NCBI GenBank assembly: GCA_964016885.1
Contig: OZ024740.1
Span: 280,178,001 to 280,242,000, forward strand
From: Eledone cirrhosa
Taxonomy: Eukaryota
Direction: 5' to 3'
Length of the DNA: 64,000 nt
Both the position numbers and the translations under genes were made by a program. The notes under the pieces are model-generated. The model was given only the letters and a program-made list of their open reading frames with translations, ran no database searches and was not told the DNA's origin. Positions 38,851 through 52,056 of this stretch are shown here, piece by piece. Each line of letters starts with the position of its first letter. Positions within the stretch are counted from its first letter, which is position 1.

Positions 38851-39910
38851 GGTCACCAGTTGGTGCTACTGGTAACATGTCAGGTCACCAGTTGGTGCTA
38901 CTGGTAACATGTAACCCAGTACAACCTGTCTCACGGTCGGGTCGTTGGCGACTAAACTGGCAACCCCACCAAGGTTTCTTGGTGAGGAGGGTGACTTTGG
39001 ACATCCTGCAGGACTAAAAACAAAACCTGTCAAAGGGCAAAGGAGCTCTTGAGAGTCAATGGCCATCCCAAATCACCGGGAGAGATGACCCCTTAGCCTT
39101 TGTCAAGGCAGAATTCTAGGAGAAGGAAAACTCTGATATAACACCTGCAACCCTGATGGTATCCAATGATGTTGAAGTGTTCTTCTTTTTGGTAAATATC
39201 ATCTTGGTTAAGAGAGTGGGACTGGCTTTGTGCAGTGCCTTTGCTCACTATAAAAGCTTCACGGCACAGGCATTGCTTTATATCTGGAGATCTCTCTGCA
39301 CTTGTCATCACATGGGCCCAGCACTATGTGTCAATAATTGTCACAAGTGTAGTGTTTGTACCAGAGTTTTCAAGTCGCTGGCTGGACTAAAAAGTCACAC
39401 TCGTTCAGCGCCTCGGTAGGTGTTCTCCTACATGGATATAAAGTAGTGGCCGTACTCGAAAACGAGTTGGCAGCCACCATGTATGTATGTATGTATGTAT
39501 GTATGTATGTATGTATGTATGTATGTATGTATGTATGTATGTATGAAGGAAAACTCTGATATAACACCTGCAACCCTGATGGTATCCAATGATGTTGACT
39601 TGTTCTTCTTTTTGGTAAATATCATCTTGGTTAAGAGAGTGGGACTGGCTTTGTGCAGTGCCTTTGCTCACTATAAAAGCTTCACGGCACAGGCATTGCT
39701 TTATATCTGGAGATCTCTCTGCACTTGTCGTCACATGGTACCATGGGCCCAGCACTATGTGTCAATAATTGTCACAGATGTAGTGTTTGTACCAGAGTTT
39801 TCAAGTCGCTGGCTGGACTAAAAAGTCACACTCGTTCAACGCATTGCTAGGGGTTCTCCTACATGGATATAAAGTAGTGGCCGTACTCGAAAACGAGTTG
39901 GCAGCCACCA
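38851..39910 (+). mobile_element. Bipartite RTE-derived element, full copy plus tandem truncated copy
   Basis: 38878-39480 matches 19017-19626; short 5' duplication; second unit 39545-39910. Confidence 0.9.
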
Positions 39911-39994
<84 letters not shown>

Positions 39995-40002
39995 TGTGTG
40001 TT

Positions 40003-40710
40003 TTAAAAGTAATAACAAAAATAACAAAACAAACGGCACAGTATATGGAAAGAAAGTCTTAACGTTTCGGACACTAGTCCTTCACCAGTATTGAACTTAA
40101 ACACATGGGCCATTAGGGAAGTTTTAATACTCACTCCCACCGCAAGTGCGATAATTTTTCTCACCTGATCGTGGTTTACGGATGTCCGTATGGCTCTGGT
40201 CCACTCGATCCATATTTGCATGGGGGCCTTTTTGGCCATTGAGGTGATGGTGGCAGATCTATCTCTTACTGGTCTACTGGGGAAGAAACAGCTAAGCTTA
40301 TATTCAGTTAGGTATTCTCTGTCACAGGTAAGTCTAAGGAGGAGGCCCAGTTCCTCAATCTCAACTCCTCGGAATACCACATCGCTCTCGCTGAATATTT
40401 CCACACATTTCTCCACAGAAAAATTAACGTCGATGGATGGGTATAAGGATGCTACATCAATGCTGCCTATTATGTTATGCAATTTTTCAGGTCGTGGGTT
40501 TGGTCGTGGGTTTGGATTCTGCTGAGGAGATCCTCTGTGCTGTCACACTCGTCTGGAGACATGTTGATTATGGGGCATATGATCACTGAGAGGAAGTATG
40601 AGATCCTGTAGTTGCTGGCGATGTTTGCGCCGCAGACGGGTCTTGTTGGTAGGCCGGTCGCAGGATCCGTGGTTAATTTATGATCCTTGCGGAGTCCATA
40701 CAGCATTGGG
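40003..40710 (-). mobile_element. Penelope-like element RT fragment joined to a terminal-repeat remnant
   Basis: LYGLRKDHK..PTRPVCGA, IGSIDVASLYPSID; hammerhead-like motif at about 40055-40090. Confidence 0.8.
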
Positions 40711-40866
40711 TATCATTATTTGAGACTTGGAAATTGTTTGCCATGCGCTTTCTTGGTTTTAGGATGTCAGACCACATCATGTTGTATCACTCATGTTGGT
40801 GACGCGGGGTTGAATTGTCTGGATATAGTTTGGTAGACTGTCTATTGACATTCTGTCAGATATATC

Positions 40867-41158
40867 TGTGGAAAAACACATGATCTGTTCATTCCTTGAG
40901 CGTTGTATGAGTTTATGTAGGTCCTCTGTAGATTTATTACCGAGTTATATGCCTCCGTCCGATTCTGTCCCCTAGTGTCTAGTGTGAATCTGTCGGAATT
41001 TTATCGAGTGCCCTTAAGAAAAGTCGGGTGACGCTGGTTTTAAGTCCAGGGGATTCATAATAGTATGGAAATGCCTTAGAGGCCGCGTTGGATTTCGTGT
41101 TGCGTTTAGTGTTAGTGGGGGTTATTGCAACCAGGAGTTGCAACGTCTAGTTGCAACA
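40867..41158 (-). mobile_element. Possible solo LTR
   Basis: TG...CA termini and an internal AATAAA on the minus strand; no clean TSD. Confidence 0.35.
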
Positions 41159-41159
41159 G

Positions 41160-42390
41160 AATCTTACTATTTATTGAGCTGATCTCCATTCTGTATGCTC
41201 CTGATACTTTTTCCAGTCGTTAGTGAGCTCCTAGAATTCTGCTCTACAGTTTCCTAACTGGCGAATGTCATTAGCAAATCGCAGGTTGTAAATGGGCCAA
41301 CCTCCAATAGAAACAGGCATGGAAGTCTTGGAGCGTTACTTGTATGATGTTTTCCAGAAAGATGTTGAAAAGCACTGGAGAAAGGAGATATCCTTGTCGA
41401 ACTCCCTCTGTTGTCCTGAAGAATTCTCCAATGTTGTTATTCAGGAGAACTGCATTGTTTGAGTTGACATATATGCAATCCTTCATCACCTTCCACAAAC
41501 TCTTATGGTGAACACGGCCAAAGGCCTTTTAAAAGTCAATGAAGTTATGATAGAGGTCAGGTTGGTGCTGCAGGTGTTTCTCAGTGAGTAGTCTGGTTAT
41601 CTTGTCTTTCCCTTAAATCTGTTTAGAACTCTTAACAGTACTTCGCTGGGGAGGTTAATTAGGCTGATTGTTCTGTAGTTCTGGCAGAGTTTTAAGTTTC
41701 CCTTTTTTGGGAATGGTTAATATAAATGAATGGGCCCACTTTTTTAGCCACTTCTTTGTTTTCCATATCTTCTGGTAACTGTTAGTGCGTTGAATTGTTT
41801 TGGGCCTCCATGTTTTAGGAGCTCTAATGGAATGTTATCGACTCCAGGGGGTTCACCATCTTCGAGCATGTGCACTGACTCTTCAGCTTCCCCCAGGAGG
41901 ATTAGAGTATCCTCAAATTCTTTGTTCTTATTGGTGGACTTGTCCAGAATATTGATGTCATACCTGAGTTTGTGGTTATAAAGGTCTTCGCAAAACCCAG
42001 ATCATTTTTTCATGGTATCAGCCTCGTCTGTGAGGAGCAAGGCAGTTTTGTCCTCAACGGCAGTGGTGGTGCATTGCTTTCTTTTTATTAGTATTTTGAG
42101 GGTTGCATAAGTAGCCTTGGTGTTGCCCTTTTTCATTCCAGCTTTGATGTTTTTTGCACTCGTCTGATATCCACTTCTCTTTGGCTTCTCTAATTTTCTT
42201 CCCGTTATTTCTATTTACAGCGTTGTATATTTGTTATGCCTCCTGATCTGTTAGTTTAGTCTTCTCCAAATCATGTCTTAAATCACATATGTGCAAGATG
42301 TCATCAGTGTCTCATGATTCATTTTCCCTTCTTTTTCTCCCCAGCACTTCTAAATGTATTTCATGAAGTACTACCTTTTGTTATGCATTT
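41160..42390 (-). mobile_element. RTE (BovB-like) RT remnant
   Basis: GVRQGYLLSPVLFNIFLE, NFIDF*KAF, CQNYRTISLI. Confidence 0.85.
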
Positions 42391-43349
42391 CAGTGAGCCT
42401 TAGAATGTTTGGCGGTGTCCATCTCTTCTCCAAGCATCAAACCCCTCACTAAGTTTAGCCTGTCAGCAGAAGCAGTTTCTGGGGTGTGGCTGAAAATGTT
42501 TTTGGAGCCAATAATGAGAGTCAGGTGAGAATCAATGTACTCGTCCATCCCTAAGGGTGTCGCTGCCGGACATCAAGGTATTCTCTCTACCCGAACAAAT
42601 CTTTATCTACTAATGAATACATTTCTGTACTACAATGTCTCATGAAAACTATATCAATTTTAGTTTGTTACGTATTGGTTATAGGACACAGAACACAAAG
42701 AGTCGGAAGAAATATCACAAGGCATCTTTCCTGACGCTCAAACAATTCCGCAAATCCATCGCTCTTGACTGATGCTTTATTTTATTAAAAAGCAATGTTG
42801 ACCTCGGCAGGATTTGAACTCAGAGTGCAGAATACCGAAGTAAATATCACAAGACATTTTCTCCTGCGTCCTCTCGACTGTTCCTATTTGCCACAAGAAG
42901 ATAAAATTATTCTCCAATGCATGAAATGGTAATTTAAAACTTATTATGATTACTCTACTTAGGGTAACATAATTCAAAAATATTACTTGATTGAAATGTA
43001 AACAATATATTAAATCAATTAATATCTATAAGGGAAACAACTCTTAATTCTTAACCTACCATTTATGACATGAATTATTTCCCCTTACTCAGTAAAATTA
43101 TACATCGCTGCTTTCAAGTTTCATTGCTTATTTTTATCAGGTTAATTCCAATCGCAGCGAGCTTATTTTTATGTGTCACGCAATAGAAATAAGTGGATGG
43201 GAGCTGTTTTTTTCAGCATCTATCTTTCTTATGTTATTGATGTGTGGAAAGTAAGCAATATATTAATGCACGGAAAATTGTTCACAGATAATTTTAATAA
43301 ATGTTGTAAATAATGAGAATAAAAAAAAAAAAAAAAAAAATAACAACAA

Positions 43350-43563
43350 ACTTATAGTTGTACAAGGCCAGCTATTTGAAGAGTAGGGGAAAGTCGATCT
43401 AGTCGACCCCAGTGCGTTACTAGTACTTTATTTTATCGACCGTGTAAGGATGAAACGCAAAGCTTACCTTAGAGAGATTTGAACTGAGAGCGTAAAGGAC
43501 CGTAATTCTATGCTGCAAAGAACGTTGTACGACGCTCTGCCTATACTACCGATCCACCGCCCA
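43350..43563 (-). mobile_element. SINE family A variant
   Basis: Conserved domain and head; adjoins poly(A). Confidence 0.75.
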
Positions 43564-43656
43564 AACAATTTTGTAATGAAAAGTGATAACACATTCTTCG
43601 TTCTTTTATTTGTCACATTACTACAACAAAATCTATCTATCTATCTGGATACTGGA

Positions 43657-44717
43657 AGCTGAACGTGTCGCTACCGAACGGATAAGTAGATTAGTTAAGC
43701 AACAGTTGACGGGAGCCATCGTCAACAACAGATGGTGGTACTCTCTCAAGAGAGCAATTAGAGTAGAGAATTAGCCTTAGAGAAAAACAAAACAGAAACA
43801 GATCTAGTAGCGAAGGTAGAGGAGGCGCTTAGGAGTGGCAACGCAGCAAGAGTGCTAGCAACGAGAACGGCACTGGACCAGATCTTCGACGCGAAACACG
43901 AAGGCTGCGTGGTCAGAAGTAAATCACGTGCTCTAGGACAGTGCTAATCAAAGTAGTGGTCCGCGGACCGGTGCCGGTACACGAGCCATCAGCTACCGGT
44001 ACGTGGCCAGTGTCCAGACCATGCTAAGGAATCATTTGAGGAATTTTTTTTATTACTTTTTTATATATTTTGATATTGTATTATTTGTTTACAAAATAAA
44101 TACAAGATAAAAAAATGGTCAACTATTATTATATTCATTATATATATCGTTTCCGTTATAAATTAATATTACTACGAAATATTAGCGGTACGTGGCACAT
44201 AAAAAAAAAATGCCGGTTCGCCACATCAGATAGTTTGAGAAGCTCTAGGAAACGAGGGAGCAAAAGCTGTTAGCTGGGCCCGAGTGGCAGAGGCGAAAAG
44301 TGGCAACAAGTTCACGATTCGGTCTTTGAAAGACCAAAAGGGACGCATGTTACTTGATCCCAAGTGCATGTGCGCGGCCTTTCAGCGGCACTTTGCGCAA
44401 CTGTTCGGGCAGAATGGCGCTGCGTCGAACGGGGCAATGGACCTCGGTTCATACCTCGACGGCCTGCCGCGTCTCTCGAGCATGGACGCCGAGTTCTGCG
44501 AAAGACCGATCACAGCCACTGAGATTCGGGACGCTCTGGGCCGCTGCGGGAAACGCAAATCACCCGGTCTAGATGGTCTACCCTATGAGTTTTACATAGG
44601 CATGCCGGACTTGTTCTCTGGCGTCCTCGAGCTTGAGGCCGTCTAATGCAACTGGCAACAGAACGGGAGAATTCCCAGTTCTGCAGGCAGGGGTGTAGTA
44701 ACGCTGATCAGGAAAGA
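43657..44717 (+). mobile_element. Tx1/L1-clade LINE ORF2 fragment
   Basis: ERPITATEIRDAL..KSPGLDGLPYEFY. Confidence 0.85.
43939..44242. mobile_element. hAT MITE nested in the Tx1-like LINE
   Basis: 8 bp TSD ctctagga at 43931-43938 and 44243-44250; cagtgct..tcaaa / tttgagaag TIR, right end eroded. Confidence 0.8.
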
Positions 44718-44719
44718 CT

Positions 44720-45240
44720 AGAAACTCGCGAGCCACGTATAGTCCCTCAAGGACTCAGGTATAGACTACTCCATTCAATGGAAAGCCATCACTAAGTCCA
44801 AGCCATACGCAAGGGGCAATCCGTCGTGTGGACTATGTATTGATGAACGATTAAATATTCTAAAGAGATTACGCAATAGCGATTGCCTAAACTCAAGAAA
44901 TGAATTCTTCACACGTTGTCCACACGTCTGGAAACACCTCTTACATAACTACAAAGCTCCGGATTGAATTACAACAACATCCTAATTTTCTTATCAACTA
45001 GAAACTTTCGGACTTTCACAGTTATCTCCCTTACACCTCTCGCACGCAATTTAGTATTGTCTGTGTGAAGTGATCGTTTCTGCGCATGCTCGTTCGTACG
45101 GTTGTCCTTCCTGTTCCGTATAACCATGTCCATTAAGAGGTGAGGATCCGCTAAGGTGAAACAATTGTTCTTGGTATTGTGAACTAACTGTTGTGTAACC
45201 ACTTCTACCTAACTCGTCCCATGGACTGAGTGCCCTACCA
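44720..45240 (+). mobile_element. Penelope-like GIY-YIG C-terminus plus 3' repeat
   Basis: YSIQWKAITKSKPY..CGLCIDE..LNSRNEFFTRCPH. Confidence 0.8.
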
Positions 45241-45458
45241 CTACATATATATATATATAAATTTTAGTACAGCATTGACGAAGCTTTAGTATACGGCCAA
45301 GCTAGCGTATATGCATAATCGGTCTGTAGCTTTAGCACTCGGATGAGGTAATACCCCCGAGTAATAACATTACGTTCAGACAGCTAAGCAAATCAGATAT
45401 AGCGGTCGGCAGTCCAGCCGCATTACCAGAGCAACGAAAATACAGGACCCAGGAAAAG

Positions 45459-45504
<46 letters not shown>

Positions 45505-45899
45505 GTTCAAGAGTAACCAATAATCTCATTCTCCACAACACATAGCCTAGCTAGCCACATCGCATTCAGTAACCATCATAAACTAAGACAGTATAACTCC
45601 CACACCGCGGTACCACCCCCGGCGCTGAGTAAAATTATTAACTCGAAGAACAGAAATCAGCGGCTCGATGTGAGTTTATTCGAAGAAGAGAAGATAGGAA
45701 GGAAGAAATAGAATGGATAAATGGAATGACAATAGGTCACACACATTAACATACATTCGTCAGATCTCAACCTTCTGCAGTTTCGACGATTTAATGAGAT
45801 TACTGCGAAGAGTAGGAGGTTCGTAACGGAGAAATAAATACCTTCGTTCATATAATTGTGATATTCGAGTTAATTTGTTTATATATATATATATATACT

Positions 45900-47410
45900 C
45901 TGCTAGACCCCATAGACGCAACAGGCCTAGAAAAATCACTTGGCTTAACCCCGCTTCATCATCTAATGTAGCTACCAACATCCCTAAACGCTTCTTCTCC
46001 ATCCTATCTAAACATTTCCCCCCAACCATAGATATTACAAGCTCTTTAATAAAAACAATATTAAAATCTCCTTCTCCACTACACCGAACCTAGCTAGCTA
46101 CATCGCATTCAGCAACTATCATAAACTAAAAAAAAATCTACCCCCCCCCCCCCCCCCCTGCGGCACCCCCTCCCCATAAGTACTCCACGTAGCCGTACCA
46201 ATACTCATCGTAATAACAACACCTCCCTCCAATCCCACTAGTACACACCACCCGCATAGTTTAAACAACCCTACTCCTACTAATCGCAATCGTAATTGCA
46301 ACTGCCGTAACCCCACTGCGTGCCCGCTTAACGGCCAGTGCCTTACGCCCAATATCGTATATAGGGGCAGGGTTAGAACGGCCTCATCCACTAGCTCTTA
46401 TATTGGCTCTACATCAACCCCCTTTAAGGTTCGCTATAATGCGCACTCATTTTCCTTCCGCGACCCTAGCAATAGATGCTCAACTTCTCTAACTAGGCTC
46501 ATTAAAAACCTTAGACTAGCCAACATTGAACATTCAATAGCTTGGGATATCTTAGCTAGATCTCCTGCGTTTAATGGGAGAAAAAACTCTTGCGATCTCT
46601 GTCTTACCGAGGCCTATCACATAACTTTGTCAAGGCCACCCTCCATCAATGACAGGAACGAGCTGGTCATCAACTGCCACCACCGCAGAACGAGTTCCTT
46701 CGCCAACAGAATATTCGACCCAGCTTAGCCTATCCTTTAGTCATGCCCCTCCCTAAAACTAACAAATTAATGACATCATTAGTCCACCACATAAGCACCT
46801 ATAAGTTACCTCCCTCGCATTATCTTAACTACAAATCCCACTGCAACTATACCTATAAGCTACCTCCCTACCCTTGGTTACAGCTCCTAGTGGGATTCTT
46901 GGCTCTCTAAGGAAACCCATCTCCCTTGAAACCCATCTCTATACAATAAGATAGTTTTCCTACAAGAAGCCATTTTGGTATGTGATAGGCAGCAGTGTTT
47001 ACCTTCAGCCTCGATAGACATCTCATGCTTATTTATACCATACACATGAAATTCCCCAGTGCCAAGGTGCCCCATCTAGGGAATTGCTAATCTGAGGATT
47101 CTTTACGGACACGTAACCCTCCCATTTTATTTTTATTTCATTTTTATTTTTATTTCTGCTTTATATATAGTAATAATCTCATTATCTTTCCCCAAGTTCC
47201 GAAGATCTGCTCCATAATATTATTCTACGTTACTTATATTTCTCTGCACCAAATCAATAAATTTCTTACAATCGACTGATCCAGAAACATTATATGGAGT
47301 AGTGAAACAATTGTAAACTGACATTACTATCCCCTTTCTATATTAAACTGCACTTAATGTTGATACTCTGTGACTAATGTCTTCTATGTGAATTTGTGGT
47401 CTTGATTTGC
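45900..47410 (+). mobile_element. Penelope-like (Neptune-type) Cys-rich linker, GIY-YIG endonuclease and 3' region
   Basis: RKITWLNP, CNCR...CPLNGQCL..NIVY..YIG, CDLCLTEAY..INDRNEL; stop at about 46727. A related fragment lies at about 45510-45650. Confidence 0.85.
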
Positions 47411-47418
47411 TTAACTAC

Positions 47419-47419
<1 letters not shown>

Positions 47420-47465
<46 letters not shown>

Positions 47466-47526
47466 AAATTAACTCGATCTAGCTGTCGAAACGGCCGGAG
47501 CTCAGCCGTGGGGTCCTGACTATTTT

Positions 47527-47598
<72 letters not shown>

Positions 47599-47645
47599 TA
47601 TATACACACATATATATATGTATATATATATATATATATATATAC

Positions 47646-47682
<37 letters not shown>

Positions 47683-47737
47683 TATATACACATATATATA
47701 TATGTGTGTATATACATATATATATACATATATATAC

Positions 47738-47792
<55 letters not shown>

Positions 47793-47802
47793 TATATATA
47801 TC

Positions 47803-47885
<83 letters not shown>
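47420..47885. repeat. (TA)n-rich microsatellite block
   Basis: Direct reading. Confidence 0.95.
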
Positions 47886-47887
<2 letters not shown>

Positions 47888-47904
47888 CGGTTACGATCGA
47901 CAGA

Positions 47905-48145
47905 ACAGCGCGCTCGTGAAATTAGCGTACAGGGGGCTGAAAATTCCACAGACACGCGTACCTTCAACGTAGTTCTCAGGGAGATTCAGCGTGAGACAGA
48001 ATGTGATAAAGCTGGCCCTTCAAATTACAGGTATAACTAATTTTTTGCCAGCTGAATAGACTGGAGCAACGTAAAATAAAGTGTCTTGCTCAAAGAAGCA
48101 GCGTGCTGCCTGGAATCGAACTCATGGTCATGAGGCGAATGCCTT
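47905..48145 (-). mobile_element. SINE family C (head shared with B); related piece at about 59850-59990
   Basis: gactggagcaac..aaataaagtgtcttgctcaa; gggagattcagcgtga. Confidence 0.75.
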
Positions 48146-48167
48146 CACACACACACATATATATAAA

Positions 48168-48211
<44 letters not shown>

Positions 48212-48505
48212 GTCGAAACGGCCGGACCTCAGCCGTCGGGGTACTGTCTCTTTATCTATATATCCACATGCACCGATTATGCATTGTTACATAATATATG
48301 CAGACAGAGGTGCACTGCACCATACTGCTGCATTAAGTGTGGCCGAAACTCGAGTCCGGGAACTTATTTAGACACCCGTTTCCGTGTGTTGTGTTGAAGC
48401 GATTAACTTTTGTGTATACTCTAGAATGTATTCTACATTGTCTATTGAGTACGCTGAAATAGAACCGGTCCTGGCATTGTTAAATATGCTGGGTCCATCA
48501 ACTCA

Positions 48506-48545
<40 letters not shown>

Positions 48546-48549
<4 letters not shown>

Positions 48550-48708
48550 TAGAGGGTCGCACGCCATGCTTTGCAGCAAAGAGTTACGGTCTGAGTTCAA
48601 ATCCCGCCGAGGTTAACTTTGCCTTTCATCCTTACGAGATCGATAAAATAAAGTACCAGTAATACACTGGGATAATTGGTGGCCTTGTGTCAAAAGTAGA
48701 GGCAATTA
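48546..48708 (+). mobile_element. SINE family A
   Basis: B box and conserved domain. Confidence 0.88.
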
Positions 48709-49496
48709 TATATATATATATATATATTTGTCTGCGGCAAACTCTGTGTTTCGCCGGTTTCAAGAGTCATTGTCGGTCTCGCGTTCGTAGGAACAATAAG
48801 GTGTAAGTAAGCCTATCAGCGACGGTCATACTCGTCTAACGAATAGACATCCATCATCATCATCATCTCTCTCTCTCTCTCTATGTATATATGTATATAT
48901 ATATATAGTTTGTCATAGGTGTAATGCTCCGATGTATCTCGCTTTTCTGTAGACCTTGGGGTCTGAAGTTAGCGGTTAATCTTTACATAATTTGTTGTGT
49001 ATCCTAGCGCCCCGATGTCTCTGTGTCTAAGGTGGGAAAATATAGGCTTTATATACCTATCGCTTCCTGCCTCCCCGCTTGAGGGGATAGTCAACACATC
49101 AACCTGTCTACACCAAAAGGGTGTTGACCTAGAATTTGATCTTTCGGTGTCACCCAAGTTTCAAGGCGCGGACAGATTTCGCTACATTAGTTCCCTACCC
49201 AGATCGATGCAGGAGCAGCGATCGATTATAAAAGGAGTAGCGGAATCTGATTCCTAGAAGCGTATCCCAAAACACACAAAATGTGGGTACTGCGCCCGCA
49301 CTTCGAGTGGAGAGAAATTTGGAGAGAAAAAAACAATATATATATATATCGTATAACTGTGTATGCATGTGTGTGTGTGTAACATTTAGAAGAAACTGTA
49401 AAAATACAAAGTTGTGATCATGTATTTCGAACTGTTGTGTATGAATGGATGGGTTACGGCATCGGATTACGATATGACAACACAGAGGACTATTTC

Positions 49497-49828
49497 TCTC
49501 GATGTATCATCATATGTAAGATTCTCTTCAGTGAGTCGAGGTTTACGCTATGACATGAGTGTGTGCAATTTTGAGTTGCGTGCTCAGTGAGTCGAGCGAT
49601 TAGTAACCGTGGTTTGATTATCATGTGCTAAATAGCTATTGTCGAACCTTGACCAGTTGAATCTCGATGTATTATCATACGTAAGATTCTCTTCCCGTCA
49701 GTCGAGGTTTATGCTATGACATGAGTGTGTGCAATTTTGAGTTGCGTGCTCAGTGAGTCGAGCTAAAAATAACCGTGGGCTGATTATCATGTGTTTCATA
49801 GCTTTCGCCGTACCTTGACCAGTCGAAA
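49497..49828. repeat. Tandem duplication of about 165 bp
   Basis: tctcgatgta.tatcata.gtaagattctcttc...accttgaccagt occurs twice. Confidence 0.85.
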
Positions 49829-50589
49829 AGTGATCCCGCAGAGACCCAACCGAATCCAGAATATACCACAGACAAAAACATGTTGGTGTGTGACAAGGAA
49901 AATGATATGTGTTTGATGTAAAACGTGTTATTAATTCAGACATATAATACAGTAAAACGAATAAAAAAAAAAAATAAAAATGACATTCATATACAACCTG
50001 TAAAAAAAAAATATATATATATTTATATAATTGTTCTTTATAAAAAGTTCTGTTTTCTCTTCTTTATGTGAATGTTTTCTTGCTCGGAAGCTAGTAGTAT
50101 TGTTTGTTGTTATTGTTGTTGGAGGTTACGAAGCAAGTGAAGTGTTTGGTAACTGTATATTGCTGAGGTTGGCAAATATAGCCATGATCAGATCAAATAG
50201 GCTGCGTGTTATTATTTTTTTTTTTTAAATACCACTTCGTTTAAAAAAAAAATTATTTTTTAAACGCCAAGTCACCAATTTAACGGAGGGTTAAAATAAA
50301 TTAAGTAATAGTTAGAAGTTGTTAGATGGATTAACATGAATAATAGTTGAAAAAACAAGTATAATAAGTATAAATGTAATAACGAGAATATAAAGAATAA
50401 ATGGTTATATATGGTTTACTTCACGTGAATCAATTAAAAAGTCTCCTCTCTATATTGTATCAATTAAAAAGTTCTCCTCTCTATATTGTACTATGAAGAG
50501 CCCGGTACTTATTCCTTGAGCTCATAAAATTACAGGGATAAACGCGAGTCTTTAACTCCGTTGTTTCATTTGATATATATATATTCATT

Positions 50590-50637
<48 letters not shown>

Positions 50638-50877
50638 AATGAATATATATATATATACGTGTGCGCCAATGTGTTACATATTTAATTTCAATGATACGCG
50701 TAAGCAGTCAATATAGATAACATAGACACATTGGGTTGCCTCGTGTGACTGTGTTTCTTAATTTGGAAAATTTCTCTCCAAGGAACAGGCTGGGCTAAAG
50801 ATATTTTTAAAATGGAAAACCAGTAGTTGGCCATGTATGCAAATCTTATTTCCACATGCCACAGATGTTGTCTAAGA

Positions 50878-51013
50878 CAGCGGTCGCCAACCAGTGCTCC
50901 GCAGAACAATTTTAATGTATTTATCTTTAAAAAAAAAAATCATATTAGTTGTCCGCAGGATTGAAAATTATGAATTTAGTGGCTCGTGAGGTCCGAAAGG
51001 TTGGCGATCGCTG
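50878..51013. mobile_element. hAT MITE
   Basis: TIR cagcggtcgccaacc / ggttggcgatcgctg; TSD gtctaaga / gtctaagg. Confidence 0.85.
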
Positions 51014-51084
51014 GTCTAAGGTAAAGACATGAGCCAATACTGCTTAGTAATAGTGTTGTCGCACGTGGTGGGCGTCAGATTAAG

Positions 51085-51274
51085 TACGAAGGCCGACTAA
51101 AAAGTTGATAGGCTGATCAAGATACTCTCATGGAAAGACCAAATGAAGTTTATTTTTCAACATAGTCCCTGGAAAGAAACAATAAGAAGAGTTGAAATTA
51201 ATGCATTCAAGATGTCACAGCTGTAGCATCAATCTTTCATAGTCAGCCTATGAACTTTTCAGCCGACCCTCATG
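51085..51274. mobile_element. Tc1/mariner-type MITE
   Basis: tacgaaggccgactaaaaagttgataggctga / tcagcctatgaacttttcagccgaccctc inverted ends. Confidence 0.75.
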
Positions 51275-52056
51275 TTATTCCCCAAGGCAGGCCACAGTGG
51301 GATTTGAACTCAGAGCGCAAATAACAGCAACATATAGTACAATGCATCATATCCGACTCTCTAACACTTCTGCCAACATAACATCCTGAAATATGATATT
51401 TTATTTATCGAAACCTCAGAAGATGAAAGGAAAAGCTGACACCGGTAACGAGTGGAAAGTCGGAAGAACTGCCGTAAAACATTCTAGACAACACTCTAAC
51501 GACTCTGCAAATTCTCAGACCTGCCAACCCCTAAAAACCCAAACGGAGAGTACCATGAAAAGGAGTTCTCTAAAACGGGAAGAAATGAGGCAAAATGGGG
51601 AGATTTTACTCAAATTGCTAGGCATTTAATCTGACGTTCTAACGATTCTGCCAATTCGTTTATTTATATACGTTGGAATATTATAGAAATCTTGTTTAGA
51701 ATTATTTAGATTGTTTAGAAAGTGGTAATCCATTGGGATATGCTAGTAAGTCATCAATTTCACTAAAAAAGACAATCTTTCAACGAAGTTGTACTAATAT
51801 GCTGCCAAGTATTGATTATGTAAATTTAAAGAAAACAAGTGTGGAAAAAAACAAACACTAACGGAAAAACCGAATGAATTTATTGATGTTCAACAGCACA
51901 ATACTATTCATAATTAACAAAAAGTAGTAGATTGCGTTATGGAAGTTGCTTAGTCAAACGCTTACACTTTTAATAAACTGAGGTGAATTTACAAAATTCG
52001 AATCTAGCTTTGCTAACCCTATTTGAAAGAAAAGCTGTGAAAAGCTGTTCCCGATA

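Noticed and set aside
45750-45800. Minus-strand GAAA-ctgcag...CTGACGA as a type II hammerhead
   Set aside because: The UH site is missing and stems I and II are unconvincing.
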